64,000 bases of DNA from an uncultured Gammaproteobacteria bacterium. GTDB taxonomy: Bacteria; Patescibacteriota; Microgenomatia; JAMCZE01. How positions within the stretch are numbered: position 1 is the first letter of the stretch; each line of letters opens with the position of its first letter. A model generated the notes under the pieces. That model saw nothing but the letters and a program-made list of their open reading frames with translations, did not search any database and was not told the origin of the DNA. Of the stretch, positions 10,007 to 20,654 are shown one piece after another. The position numbers and the translations under genes are program-made. Location: positions 473,984 to 537,983 of the forward strand of contig CAZXMM010000001.1 in NCBI GenBank assembly GCA_964641255.1. Direction: 5' to 3'.

Positions 10007-11400
10007 ACGCGATGAAAATTGTCGGGTGTTTGGTGGGTGGAGGAATTGTCGTGGTTTTAAGTTTTCTTCTCCCCTTTACCTATTGGCCAGAAATGCTGAC
10101 CTGGCCCTATCTCATGGGTTTGGGTTGGTTACCCTACCGGGATATCACAATTATTCATACCCCGCTTTTACTGTGGAAGATTGAGCTCTTTTACCGTCTG
10201 CTAGGGCCAACACTATTCACTCTTCATTTAGTCGGAACGCTGCTTATCATTGGAAACGCCGCTAGTATTGTCCTTTTTACCAATAAACTTACAAACCAGT
10301 TTGTAAGATCGCTCGCCGCCGGAGCCCTCTTTGTTCTCTTAAGCTTTTGTTTTCAGGGAAATACTGTCTGGTTTGATACCGCTTTGCCGCTTCTACTTGT
10401 TCCCCTCTGGTGGTTTCTTACCCGACTGGAGAAGAAACAAACTAGGCCAGTACTTTTAGTGGCCGGGACATTGTTAGGGTTAGCTTTTTGGACCAAACAG
10501 ACCGCACTCTATTTGTTTCCGGTTTTTGTTTTATTTTTTGGCTACCTACATTTTGTCAAAAAACTTCTATTTACGGTGGTTTTGAAAAGCGCTATTTGGA
10601 TTTCTTTACCCTGTCTTATAATTTCCCTACTTGTCCTTTCTCCCCTTCTGATATGGGGAGTGGAGGACGACTTTTTCTATTGGGCCATTCGTTTTGTATT
10701 TTTTAAACCGTTTGAAAGTAGTGGGAGCCATAGTTACGTTCTTTTACCCGCCCTGCACCAGCTAGGAATAGTCTTGGTACTCATGGGTATTGGGGTATAC
10801 CACTCTTTTCGGGCCAAAACATTACCCGTTCTTCTTGCCTGCGCCTTTATGCTGTTTTCCCTACTGTTTGCTTTCCCCCGGTTTGAATACTTTCATTTAA
10901 TTCCCAGTCTGGCTTTTCTGGCTTTAATCTTAGGGCTAGCCACCGGAATTTCCAACCGGTGGCTTAGTGTTGGTTTGGTTGGCCTAGTCCTTATGTTGGC
11001 CCTTTTTGTTGGCTGGCGTAACCACCAGTTTACACACACTTTTGTAGATCCTAGTACTATCAAGCTAGCAGATACTATTACAAAGAACTACCCGACTAAA
11101 AGTATCTATACCCTTAATGGTCCTGATCAGGTTTATTTTCTCGCCAAACGTCAACCCGCTTTTAAACCCTGGTTTGCTCAATTACCCTGGTATTTTAAAT
11201 ACTATGGAGAAGAAAGGTATCTGAGCGATTTTAAAGCAAGTGAACCGGAAATTATTATCTATGTTCCGTACAGGGCTGTAGCCGATCACGGACTCGGGGC
11301 CTTTGTTCCCGAGATACTCTTGAGCTATGTTTCAAAGCGCTACACTAAGGTGGAGGAAATTGACGGTGTTTATATATTAAGACAGGTTCGTCATGACTAA
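10003..11400 (+). CDS. Polytopic membrane protein, GT-C-like
   Basis: 465 aa, many TM helices. 'IIHTPLLLWK' resembles the hPPL motif. Confidence 0.4.
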   Translation: MNAMKIVGCLVGGGIVVVLSFLLPFTYWPEMLTWPYLMGLGWLPYRDITIIHTPLLLWKIELFYRLLGPTLFTLHLVGTLLIIGNAASIVLFTNKLTNQFVRSLAAGALFVLLSFCFQGNTVWFDTALPLLLVPLWWFLTRLEKKQTRPVLLVAGTLLGLAFWTKQTALYLFPVFVLFFGYLHFVKKLLFTVVLKSAIWISLPCLIISLLVLSPLLIWGVEDDFFYWAIRFVFFKPFESSGSHSYVLLPALHQLGIVLVLMGIGVYHSFRAKTLPVLLACAFMLFSLLFAFPRFEYFHLIPSLAFLALILGLATGISNRWLSVGLVGLVLMLALFVGWRNHQFTHTFVDPSTIKLADTITKNYPTKSIYTLNGPDQVYFLAKRQPAFKPWFAQLPWYFKYYGEERYLSDFKASEPEIIIYVPYRAVADHGLGAFVPEILLSYVSKRYTKVEEIDGVYILRQVRHD

Positions 11401-12541
11401 GCTACTGTCGAAAATCGGGTCATACCTGGGGTGTCACTCCTGGCTAATTATTCTTGGAATCTGTGCTTCGGTGGGACTGTTTTACTTGTCTTCCTTTAGC
11501 GCGCCTTTTTATAGGGAGGATTATGAATTTCTTTTGATTCAGCTACCCCGGGATCTGTTTAGTGCTATTCCCCCAGTTCATTATCATCCGATCTCAATTC
11601 ACCTCTTTTACTACTTTTCAAAGCTGGCTTTCGGATCGAGTTACGGCCTCTACCATCTGGTTCTCTATCTCTTTTACATGGGGTCATTTTTCTTTATCTA
11701 TGCCATTGCCAGGGAATTTTTAAAGTCAAAGACAAAAGCCTTTCTTATTCTTATTCTTTACGGCTTTAATATCTCCTTTTTTCCCCATTTCTACTGGATA
11801 GCTGTTTCTTATTTTACAATTGGATCGTTTTTTTTCTTTGGAGCGGTCTATTTTTTTCTAAAACAGAAGCCGTGGGCGGCCTGGGCGACAGGGGGATTTA
11901 TTCTGGCTTCACTCGGCAGCAATGACGGTAGTGTGGTTATCTTTCCGCTTCTTTATCTGTTAAGTTGGTATCAACGCTTTTTCCCGCGGCGCCTCATTCC
12001 TGCTACCGTTCTTGCCGGTGTGTTTGTTGTTTTCCGTTTTTTCATTCTTAAGCTCCCAGCTGAACAAAGTTATAGTATGCATGTTGATTTTCGTATCGTC
12101 AAAACTATTCAGTGGTACATACTGCGGGCCCTCAATTTACCTGAGGGGATTCGCTTTAGTGGCGATTTATCACTTGTTATTTTGTTTGGCTTACTTCTCT
12201 TGGTGCTAGGACTCGGCTTTATAAGAGAGGTGGGAAGGGGAACTCTTAGCAAAAGACTCACAATTTTCGGTGTCCTTTGGTTTTTAATTGCCGGTGGCCC
12301 GTTTTTTCTTCTCCCCGATCACATGTCAGCTTACTACCTGACCTTTGCTTTCCTGGGCTTTGCCCTAATAGTCGTTCAACTTTTAAACACCAAAGCGCTA
12401 ATGGTCGTTTTTCTCATCATTTATTTCCTAATGGCGGTTAAGGGATTGACCTTTCTTGAGCGAACTCACTGGATTATACTAAAGACTATTGGTACGCCAG
12501 CAAAATTTTACCAGTTAGATAAATCCCATCTAGGAAATTAA
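11393..12541 (+). CDS. Polytopic membrane protein (possible GT-C)
   Basis: 382 aa and strongly hydrophobic. 'FYREDYEF' near the first luminal loop. Confidence 0.35.
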   Translation: MTKLLSKIGSYLGCHSWLIILGICASVGLFYLSSFSAPFYREDYEFLLIQLPRDLFSAIPPVHYHPISIHLFYYFSKLAFGSSYGLYHLVLYLFYMGSFFFIYAIAREFLKSKTKAFLILILYGFNISFFPHFYWIAVSYFTIGSFFFFGAVYFFLKQKPWAAWATGGFILASLGSNDGSVVIFPLLYLLSWYQRFFPRRLIPATVLAGVFVVFRFFILKLPAEQSYSMHVDFRIVKTIQWYILRALNLPEGIRFSGDLSLVILFGLLLLVLGLGFIREVGRGTLSKRLTIFGVLWFLIAGGPFFLLPDHMSAYYLTFAFLGFALIVVQLLNTKALMVVFLIIYFLMAVKGLTFLERTHWIILKTIGTPAKFYQLDKSHLGN

Positions 12542-12542
12542 C

Positions 12543-13694
12543 ATGCTAGTTGGAATCAACGGTAACGAAGCGAATGTGACTCACCGGGTGGGGAGTGGTC
12601 AATATGCGTTTGAACTCATTTCTCATTTGGCTACTCTGGCCAGTGGCGAGACCAAGTTTAAAATTTACTTGGAAGCGGAGCCGATGAGTGATTTTCCTAA
12701 ACCTTCAGACTTTTGGGAGTATAAAGTCATTCCCCACCAAAGATTATGGACACTTACGGCTTTACAAAAAGCCCTTCTTAGGGAAAAACTCCAAGGAACT
12801 GCTCCTGATGTTTTTTTTACACCTAGTCACTATGCTCCATTGTATATGCCCATTCCTTCCGTCATTGCTATCATGGATTTATCGTTTGAACGGTTTCCGA
12901 CCTATTTTAAGAAAAAAGATTATTTTCAACTAAAGTATTGGAGTTGGATTTGCGCGAAACAAGCCAAACATATTTTGACAATTTCCCAGTTTAGTAAAAA
13001 AGAAATAACAGCGATTTACAGCTTGCCTGAGAACAAAGTTACGGTGACTCTTTTAGGGTATGACGAGGCAAGGTTTAATGGGACCATTAAAAAACAAACC
13101 GCCAAGATTAAGGAAATTAAACAAAAATATAAAATTTCCGGGGATTATCTTCTTTTTTTGGGAACGCTACAACCGAGAAAAAATCTACTTCGCCTCATTG
13201 AAGCTTTTTCTCAGCTCGAAAATAAAAGCCTACAACTGGTTATTGTTGGCATGATTAATGAAGGCCGCGGGGGTTGGATGAACGCCCCGATCTTTGAACG
13301 AGTGAAGGAGCTAGGCTTGGAAACAAGAGTAGTCTTCACGGGCTTTGCTCCTGATCCTGAGGCACCCTATTTAATGGCGGGAGCAATGGGGTATGTCCTA
13401 CCTAGTCTTTACGAAGGCTTTGGTATCCCGCCGATTGAGGCAATGGCCGTGGGGACACCAGTGATTGTCTCGAAGGTCTCGAGTTTACCGGAGATTTGTG
13501 GTGAGGCTGCCATTTACATTGATGATCCCTACAGTGTGGACTCCATCAAAGTGGCTATGGAGGCGTTTTTAGCCTTGAGCCCAGCTGAGCGTGAGAAAAA
13601 GGCCAAACTTGGTCTGGGGTATGTAACACGATATAATTGGCAGGCTACTGCCCAGGAGACCCTGACAGTGCTTAAAAGGGTAGCTAGTTCTTAG
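12543..13694 (+). CDS. Glycosyltransferase family 4
   Basis: '[39 protein letters not shown]'. Confidence 0.85.
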   Translation: MLVGINGNEANVTHRVGSGQYAFELISHLATLASGETKFKIYLEAEPMSDFPKPSDFWEYKVIPHQRLWTLTALQKALLREKLQGTAPDVFFTPSHYAPLYMPIPSVIAIMDLSFERFPTYFKKKDYFQLKYWSWICAKQAKHILTISQFSKKEITAIYSLPENKVTVTLLGYDEARFNGTIKKQTAKIKEIKQKYKISGDYLLFLGTLQPRKNLLRLIEAFSQLENKSLQLVIVGMINEGRGGWMNAPIFERVKELGLETRVVFTGFAPDPEAPYLMAGAMGYVLPSLYEGFGIPPIEAMAVGTPVIVSKVSSLPEICGEAAIYIDDPYSVDSIKVAMEAFLALSPAEREKKAKLGLGYVTRYNWQATAQETLTVLKRVASS

Positions 13695-13695
13695 T

Positions 13696-14292
13696 ATGTT
13701 TAAAGATAAACACGGACACCAACTCACACTTGCTCAAGCACTCCCCAAAATAGTGGGCAGATTTGGAAGCTACCTTCTTGATTTTGAACTGATGGTACTT
13801 ACGTTACTTGGCAACATTCCTTTGCATTTTATTCGCAACTTGGGTTATTCCTTTGCGGGATTAAAAATTGGTAAGGGAAGTGCCATTCACATGTGGGCAA
13901 GGTTTTACGAGCCCTCTAACATCACGGTAGGGCAGGGCACTATCATTGGTGACAATGCTTTTATTGATGGTCGAGACAAAGTCACTATTGGCAACCATGT
14001 AGACATTGCCTCGGCAGTTCTTATCTATAACTCCGAGCACGACATCAACTCAGCTGATTTTCACGCAATCCTGGGTCCGGTGACCATCGGCGACTATGTT
14101 TTTATTGGCCCCAGGGTTACTATTCTTCCCGGAGTAAGTATTGGTATCGGGGCCGTTATAGCTGCCGGGGCAGTAGTGACCAAGGATGTGCCTGAGTTTG
14201 CTATTGTGGGCGGGGTACCTGCCAAAGTAATTGGGGAGCGCAAAAATCGGGATTTGCACTATCGTTTGGGTCGGGCTAAGCTGTTTCAGTAG
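13696..14292 (+). CDS. Sugar O-acetyltransferase, hexapeptide-repeat (LbH) family
   Basis: Left-handed beta-helix hexapeptide repeats 'IGDNAFIDGRDKVTIGNHVDIASAV...IGPRVTILPGVSIGIGAVIAAGAVV'. Confidence 0.8.
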   Translation: MFKDKHGHQLTLAQALPKIVGRFGSYLLDFELMVLTLLGNIPLHFIRNLGYSFAGLKIGKGSAIHMWARFYEPSNITVGQGTIIGDNAFIDGRDKVTIGNHVDIASAVLIYNSEHDINSADFHAILGPVTIGDYVFIGPRVTILPGVSIGIGAVIAAGAVVTKDVPEFAIVGGVPAKVIGERKNRDLHYRLGRAKLFQ

Positions 14293-14299
14293 TCTAGAG

Positions 14300-17200
14300 A
14301 TGAAAAAGATTCTCACTTTTATCGACACGAATATCCTGGCTATTCTGGCGGGCTGTCTGCTCGCTTTTATTCCCTTGTATCCCAAAATTCCCCTGTTTGA
14401 CATTCTTCCTGGCTACATTGTTCGGGTAAGGGCAGAGGATTTCTTGGTGGGCTTTTCAATTTTAGTCTTTCTCAGCCAAATTCTTCGCAAGAGGGTAAAG
14501 CTTGAGAAGAACGTACCAACCGTGGGGCTTCTTTCCTATTTGGCTATTGGCCTACTGTCAGTCATAGTAGCAGTACTCGTAGTGCAAACCGTCCCCATGG
14601 AACTTAAGCACGTGGGAAAGACTCTGCTTCACTGGATGCGCCGCATTGAGTATTTTTCCCTATTTTTCATTGTATTTGGATCGATTAAATCGCTTAGGAC
14701 TGCCAAGGTCTTAGTGTGGATCTTTTTTATCGTTCTTCTTCTTATTACTCTCTATGGCTATGGTCAAAAATACTTTGCCTACCCCTATTTCCCTGCTTTC
14801 TCAACGATGAACCGGGAGTTTTCTAAGGGTTGGGTACTGTATTTGACGCAAAACGCCCGGGTCCTGTCTACTTTTGGAGGACACTACGATTTGGCGGGCT
14901 ATTTAGTGATTGCTCTTTCCCTGGGGTGGAGTTTCTTTTTTGGTGCCAAACGGCGCTTAGTGAAGGTGGCTTTTGGACTGATCATTCTCGCCGCTTTCTG
15001 GCTCTTGATTCTTACTGCCTCGCGGGCTTCCTTTTTGGGCTACTTAGCCGCAGTAGTGGCAGTGTGTTTTATTTGGATGTTTAAACGGGATTTTATGTGG
15101 GCGCTCTCCCGGTGTCTAGCAGTGATCTGTCTGAGCATACTTCTCATGTTGTCGTTTGGAGATCTCTCAGATCGGTTTCTGCATTTACTCCACCTGGAGG
15201 AACGAGTTACCGGTCTTAGGGAAATCGTGCTTCGTCCGATGTCTGCTCCCCCTCCCGGACAGACACTTCTTGAGAACAATTCTATTGCCGCCGTAACTTC
15301 CAAAACCGATATGCCTCCTACCCCGGCCGATAAATATTTTGACGAAGTAAAAAAGCAATCGCTACCGGCCGATGTTAACAAAGATGCTCCACCCCTAATG
15401 ATTCCTACTAAAACAGCCAGTGGATCAACAGTGATGGTAGAAAAGACTCGGACCTATTCCCAAAATGCCGTACTTTTTGATCTATCTACTGGTATTCGGT
15501 TTGATTCGACCTGGCCTCGGGCCATTGAAGGATTCAAAGCTAGTCCGCTGTTTGGGAGCGGTTATGCGACTCTAACCAAAAGTACCAAGTATGAGTTTTC
15601 CGAAGCTGAGTCGACCGATAATGGATTTTTACGTTCCTTAGGTGAGACTGGGCTACTTGGCTTTCTTGCCTATTTTGGAACCTTAATAGCCATGGTAGTG
15701 GTAGTCATTAAATCACTTGGCGGTATTAAAGACACTTTTATTTACTCTTTAGCTGCTGCCTTTGTGGCTTTTACAATGGGGCTATTGGTTAATGCGGTCA
15801 TGCTAGATATTTTTGAAGCCAGTAAGGTGGCCTATGTTTACTTTGGTATGGCCGGGTTAACTATGGGTACCATTTATCTTTTCAAGAAAAAAATAACAGA
15901 AGATTACGAGCCACTAAAAATTAATTTTGCCATTTTGCCCTTTTTAAAGTGGCTCTGGCGCTTTGTTCGTTCGGATTTTTTCCTTCTGGGAATAGTCGTG
16001 GTCTGTTCTTTTCAATTACGCACCTATCGGTTGAGCGAGCCATTGGCAGACTGGCATTCTTGGCGCCAAGCAGATACCTCGGCGGTAACAAGAGATTTTG
16101 ATAGGAATGGTCGCATTGATTGGCTCTATCCAACTTTTGAGGATCTCTCTTCTATTCCTTCCGGTCTTCCTAATCCCAGGGGGCTGCGGATGGTGGAGTT
16201 CCCTATTTATAATGCTGCGAGTGTCACTGTCAAAAAGATCTTTAAAGAACTTTCGGTTGAGGAGGCGGGGAGAGTGACTACCAATCTCATGTGGTCGGGA
16301 AGCGTAATCTTTCTTTTCCTCTTAACTAGACGCTATCTATCAAGGAGGATAGCCTACTGTGTTGCCATTAGCATGGCGGTTATTCCCTTTGGTATTTTCT
16401 ATGGTCGAAGCATTCTTCCCGATCCCACAATGGTAACTTTTTCTCTGGGGGCTCAGTGGGCGATGAGTCGCTATCTGGAAAAGAAGAAGATCGCCTCACT
16501 CTTTTTAAGTCTAGTCTTTGCGGCAGTCGCCCTTCTTGTTAAACCATTTGCAATTTTTCTCCTTCTTCCCATAGCTTATCTTTGGTGGGTGGCTAACAGG
16601 TTCAATCTAAAAAAATGGCTAGTGCTGGCAGTATTTTTTGGCATTGCCGCGGCTCCCATGCTCTGGTGGCGCCACTGGATTAGCCAGTTTCCTGAGGGGA
16701 TACCTGCCAGCGACTGGCTGTTTAATGGCGATAGTATTCGTTTCAAAGGGGCTTTTTTCTATTGGCTTTTTGCGGATCGGATTGGACGCCTTATTCTTGG
16801 CCATTGGGGACTGATTCTTCTAGGATTTGGGCTCATTAGAAATTACGAAGGCAAGGCCCGCTTTTATTCCCTAGTCTTATTTTTGTCTTCCCTGCTGTGG
16901 TTGTGCGTCTTTGCCACCGGAAACGTTCGTCACGATTATTATCAAATACTTCTTATGCCCTCTCTAGCGCTTTTAGTCGGGGGAGGAGTGGAACTGCTGC
17001 TCTTCAGTAAAATTGCTGGGCTTAACACTTATCTGAGTAAAGGATTGGGAACTGTGGCGTTTGTCTTTATGTGCGCCTTTGGGTGGTACTTTGTTAAGGA
17101 CTTTTTTAATGTCAATCACCCGGAACTAGCCCTGGCCGGTAAAGCGGTTCGTGAGGTAGCAAATGACCGGTCATTGGTTGTGGCTCCCTACAGCGGCGAT

Positions 17201-17434
17201 ACCGCCTTTTTGTACCAAACCGAGCGGAAGGGCTGGCCGATCATTGAAGGAACGATTCAGGACATGGTGGCAAAAGGGGCCGATTACTATGTTAGTGTTA
17301 ACTATGACGATCCTACCAAGGCCCTTATGCAGGAGGCCCTGGGTAACAATAATGTTCATGAGTATAAAATCTTAGTCACCGAGCCAGAGTATGTGATTAT
17401 CCAGCTAGTTCCCGACCGCTTACTACCAAAATAG
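14300..17434 (+). CDS. Fusion membrane protein: N-terminal O-antigen ligase/polymerase-like (Wzy_C-type) domain plus C-terminal GT-C (PMT_2/ArnT-like) domain
   Basis: The N-terminal half has about 12 TM helices, a large Pro-rich external loop and the O-antigen-ligase signature 'STDNGFLRSLGETGLLGFLAY'. The C-terminal half has 'PFGIFYGRSILPDPTMVTFSLGAQWAMSRYLE..LLVKPFAIFLLLPIAYLWW', typical of PMT_2. The probable start is the ATG at 14300 (MKKILTF), not the upstream GTG at 14231. Ends with a TAG stop. Confidence 0.6.
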   Translation: MKKILTFIDTNILAILAGCLLAFIPLYPKIPLFDILPGYIVRVRAEDFLVGFSILVFLSQILRKRVKLEKNVPTVGLLSYLAIGLLSVIVAVLVVQTVPMELKHVGKTLLHWMRRIEYFSLFFIVFGSIKSLRTAKVLVWIFFIVLLLITLYGYGQKYFAYPYFPAFSTMNREFSKGWVLYLTQNARVLSTFGGHYDLAGYLVIALSLGWSFFFGAKRRLVKVAFGLIILAAFWLLILTASRASFLGYLAAVVAVCFIWMFKRDFMWALSRCLAVICLSILLMLSFGDLSDRFLHLLHLEERVTGLREIVLRPMSAPPPGQTLLENNSIAAVTSKTDMPPTPADKYFDEVKKQSLPADVNKDAPPLMIPTKTASGSTVMVEKTRTYSQNAVLFDLSTGIRFDSTWPRAIEGFKASPLFGSGYATLTKSTKYEFSEAESTDNGFLRSLGETGLLGFLAYFGTLIAMVVVVIKSLGGIKDTFIYSLAAAFVAFTMGLLVNAVMLDIFEASKVAYVYFGMAGLTMGTIYLFKKKITEDYEPLKINFAILPFLKWLWRFVRSDFFLLGIVVVCSFQLRTYRLSEPLADWHSWRQADTSAVTRDFDRNGRIDWLYPTFEDLSSIPSGLPNPRGLRMVEFPIYNAASVTVKKIFKELSVEEAGRVTTNLMWSGSVIFLFLLTRRYLSRRIAYCVAISMAVIPFGIFYGRSILPDPTMVTFSLGAQWAMSRYLEKKKIASLFLSLVFAAVALLVKPFAIFLLLPIAYLWWVANRFNLKKWLVLAVFFGIAAAPMLWWRHWISQFPEGIPASDWLFNGDSIRFKGAFFYWLFADRIGRLILGHWGLILLGFGLIRNYEGKARFYSLVLFLSSLLWLCVFATGNVRHDYYQILLMPSLALLVGGGVELLLFSKIAGLNTYLSKGLGTVAFVFMCAFGWYFVKDFFNVNHPELALAGKAVREVANDRSLVVAPYSGDTAFLYQTERKGWPIIEGTIQDMVAKGADYYVSVNYDDPTKALMQEALGNNNVHEYKILVTEPEYVIIQLVPDRLLPK

Positions 17435-17445
17435 TTCATTCCTCT

Positions 17446-18651
17446 ATGAAGATACTTCTTTTGACTCTGTATTTGCCCTACCCTCCGAATTCAGGGGGCC
17501 AGATTAGGTCCTACAACCTCATTAAGCATCTGTCCAAAAAGCACCAAATTACTTTGGTCTCGCTTATTAAAAAGGGCGAGGAGAAATATGCCGGTGAGAT
17601 GGAAAAGTATTGTGAGAAAGTCGTCTACTTTTACCGCCCCGAGAAGCCCTGGACGCTTCCCAACATTCTTAAAACCGGCCTTAGTCTTTATCCCTTCGTG
17701 GTGATGCGCAACTACACTCCGGAAGTGAAGAAGTTTTTGGAAAACGAGCTGAAGCAAGTCGCTTATGATCTAATCCATGTAGAAACCTTTTACTTAATGC
17801 CCCATATCCCGCCAACAGTGACCCCAATTCTACTTGTTGACCAAACGATCGAGTTTGAAGTCTATCGTCACTACGTTGATACTTATCGTTTTTGGTTGTT
17901 ACGTCCGCTGCTTTATATTGATGTTCTTAAACTGAAGTTTTGGGAAACCAAACTCTGGAAAGAAGCCAAAATGGTGGGAGCGGTTTCTGAAGCCGACAAA
18001 AAGAAGATTTTAGAATTAGCTCCCAATGTTAAAGTAGGCATTATTCCTAACGCTCCCGGAGAGGACCTCTCTAATTTGTATGCTAAGCGCCACCCCGACT
18101 TTAAAAAACCGATTGTTTTTTACCAGAGCAACTTTCATTGGATGCAAAACATTGAAGGGGCCAACATTTTGGCCAACGAAGTTTTTCCAAAAGTAAAAAA
18201 ACAGATTCCGGAAGCGGTGTGTATGATAGCTGGACAAAATACTCAAGGAAAAGTAGACCACTTGGCTAGAGAAGATGTCTATATCGTTCCGATGGCTACC
18301 TCAGATATTGAAGGGGTGGTTAATGCCTACAAGCAAGGCACCATCTTTCTGGCCCCCCTAAGGGGACCAGGGGGGACGAGGCTTAAGATTCTTGGGGCAA
18401 TGACGGCCGGTGTTCCAGTCGTTACTACCTCAGTAGGGGCCCAAGGGTTAGATGTTGAAAGTGGAAAAAATATTATGATTGCTGATGATGCCAGGGGACT
18501 GGCTGATGCGGTAGTAAAACTCTTAAAGGATAAAAAACTGTATGATCAAATAGTAAAAAATGCTAAGGCTCTCGTAGAAAAAAATTATGATTGGGGAGCC
18601 ATATCTAAAAATTTAGAAAAGATTTATGAAGAAACCATTGAAAAAAGATAG
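17446..18651 (+). CDS. Glycosyltransferase family 4
   Basis: 'GGTRLKILGAMTAGVPVVTTSVGAQGLDVESGKN'. Confidence 0.8.
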   Translation: MKILLLTLYLPYPPNSGGQIRSYNLIKHLSKKHQITLVSLIKKGEEKYAGEMEKYCEKVVYFYRPEKPWTLPNILKTGLSLYPFVVMRNYTPEVKKFLENELKQVAYDLIHVETFYLMPHIPPTVTPILLVDQTIEFEVYRHYVDTYRFWLLRPLLYIDVLKLKFWETKLWKEAKMVGAVSEADKKKILELAPNVKVGIIPNAPGEDLSNLYAKRHPDFKKPIVFYQSNFHWMQNIEGANILANEVFPKVKKQIPEAVCMIAGQNTQGKVDHLAREDVYIVPMATSDIEGVVNAYKQGTIFLAPLRGPGGTRLKILGAMTAGVPVVTTSVGAQGLDVESGKNIMIADDARGLADAVVKLLKDKKLYDQIVKNAKALVEKNYDWGAISKNLEKIYEETIEKR

Positions 18652-19543
18652 CACTGGGAGTAAGACTAAACTCTCAATTGTGATCCTAAATCACAATACC
18701 TCAAAGCTTCTTAGCGAGTGTCTTGCTTCAATTCCCACCGCTTTAACACATGAAATTATTGTCGTTGATAATGCGAGTACTGACGATTCGGTCGCTATGC
18801 TTAAAAAGCAGTTTCCGACTGTCAAAGTAATAGAAAACAGTGACAATGTGGGTTATACCCGGGGCAATAATGCGGCGAAGGACTATGCCTTAGGAAAGTA
18901 TGTCCTATTTCTTAATTCAGATACTACAGTTGAGAAAAACACTCTTTCGGTAATGACAGAATTTATGGAGGAGCACCCTGATTGCGGGGCCTCCACTTGT
19001 TTGACCCTCTTGCCTACTGGCAAACTCTATTATGCTTGCCATCGCGGCTTCCCCACTCCCTGGAATTCTCTTTGCTACTTTAGTGGGCTGGCTAAACTAT
19101 TTCCTTGGAGTAAGTTTTTTGCCGGGTATACAGCCACCTATCTTCCGCTTACTACCGTTCATGAAATTGATGCTTGCTCGGGAACCTTTCTTCTCATTAG
19201 AAAAACGCTTCTTGATGAGATAGGTTGGTTTGATGAAGACTATTTCGCTTACGGCGAAGATATTGAAATGTGTTTCCAAGTAAAAGCTCGGGGGTTTAAA
19301 GTCATGTTTAACCCCCACGTAAAAATTACTCATTATTGGGGAGCGACCAGTGGCCTAAAAAGTACCTCAGCGCATCTAGCGGTGGCCAATGCTGAAATAA
19401 AAAAGAAATGGAATAGAGCCCGGTATCAGGCAATGAAGATCTTTTACGACAAGCACTACCGAAAAAATTATCCCGAATTTGTTCGCTGGCTGATCTTTCT
19501 CGGCATTAGGGCGACCATGTATCTGCGCCAAGGTCAGGACTAA
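18626..19543 (+). CDS. Glycosyltransferase family 2
   Basis: 'LSIVILNHNTSKLLSECLASI..IIVVDNASTDDS..FLNSDT'. Confidence 0.8.
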   Translation: MKKPLKKDSTGSKTKLSIVILNHNTSKLLSECLASIPTALTHEIIVVDNASTDDSVAMLKKQFPTVKVIENSDNVGYTRGNNAAKDYALGKYVLFLNSDTTVEKNTLSVMTEFMEEHPDCGASTCLTLLPTGKLYYACHRGFPTPWNSLCYFSGLAKLFPWSKFFAGYTATYLPLTTVHEIDACSGTFLLIRKTLLDEIGWFDEDYFAYGEDIEMCFQVKARGFKVMFNPHVKITHYWGATSGLKSTSAHLAVANAEIKKKWNRARYQAMKIFYDKHYRKNYPEFVRWLIFLGIRATMYLRQGQD

Positions 19544-19547
19544 AACT

Positions 19548-20654
19548 ATGAAGATTATCATTGACGCCAGATTTTGGGGGCCCAGTCACACTGGCCTAGG
19601 AGTCTATACCAGAGAGCTCGTGACGGCCCTTAGCAGGGTTTATGATAAAAACTCGTATATTCTTTTTATTCGGCGCGAGATGGAAAAGGAGATAATTCTC
19701 CCCGCAAACTTTACTTTACAAGTTGTTGAGGCCAAACCTTATACTTTTGCCGAGCAGCTACTACTAGCTTGGTACCTGTTTCGTTTCCGGCCCGATTTGG
19801 TACATTTTCCCAGTATTAATGTTCCCTTGCTGTTTTTTGGCCGCTACGTGGTTACGGTTCATGACATTATTAAGCACAATTTTCGAGGCAGAGACAGTAC
19901 TACCCTTCCCGAGATAACATACTGGCTTAAATATGGTGTTTACCGCTTAGCAGAGTGGTTAGTAGTAGCTAGAGCCAGTCGCGTTATCGTTCCCTCTTTT
20001 GCCGTCGCAGCTGAAGTAGAGCGGGTCTATCCTTTGGCAAAGGACAAAACGAGTGTAACTTTGGAAGCAGCAGTGCTAAGTAGTAAAGGAGACACTAGTG
20101 CTAAAGTAGATTTAAATCTTCCCAGGAAATTCGCGGTTTATACCGGCAATGCTTATCCGCATAAGAATCTTACTAAATTGGTTATTGCTTGGAAGGAAGT
20201 ATATAAAAATACAGGGATGGAGCTTGTTATTTCTTCTGGCAGGTCGGTTTTTAGTAACCGGATTGAACAGCTAATCCAGACAAATGGTGCCAAAGACTAT
20301 ATTCATTTTAAAGGCTACTTATCAGATGAGGAGTTAAAAACCGTTTATAGTCGGGCAAATTTATATGTATTTCCTTCCCTTATGGAGGGGTTTGGTATTC
20401 CAGCGCTTGATGCCATGAATTTTAATCTCCCCGTGGTGTGTTCGGACATTGCTGTGTTCAGAGAAGTGTACGGGGCAGCAGCCAGTTATTTTGATCCCCG
20501 GGATGTACAAGCAATCGCTAAGGCCGTAACTTGGGTCGAAAACCATCCGGGAGTGAAGCAGAAACTTAAGCTGGCGGGTAAAAAACAGGTGGCATTGTAT
20601 TCCTGGAAAAAAACAGCAGAGCAAACACTGGCTGTCTATAATAAGGCCCTATGA
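19548..20654 (+). CDS. Glycosyltransferase family 4
   Basis: 'LMEGFGIPALDAMNFNLPVVCSDIAVFREVYG'. Confidence 0.8.
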   Translation: MKIIIDARFWGPSHTGLGVYTRELVTALSRVYDKNSYILFIRREMEKEIILPANFTLQVVEAKPYTFAEQLLLAWYLFRFRPDLVHFPSINVPLLFFGRYVVTVHDIIKHNFRGRDSTTLPEITYWLKYGVYRLAEWLVVARASRVIVPSFAVAAEVERVYPLAKDKTSVTLEAAVLSSKGDTSAKVDLNLPRKFAVYTGNAYPHKNLTKLVIAWKEVYKNTGMELVISSGRSVFSNRIEQLIQTNGAKDYIHFKGYLSDEELKTVYSRANLYVFPSLMEGFGIPALDAMNFNLPVVCSDIAVFREVYGAAASYFDPRDVQAIAKAVTWVENHPGVKQKLKLAGKKQVALYSWKKTAEQTLAVYNKAL

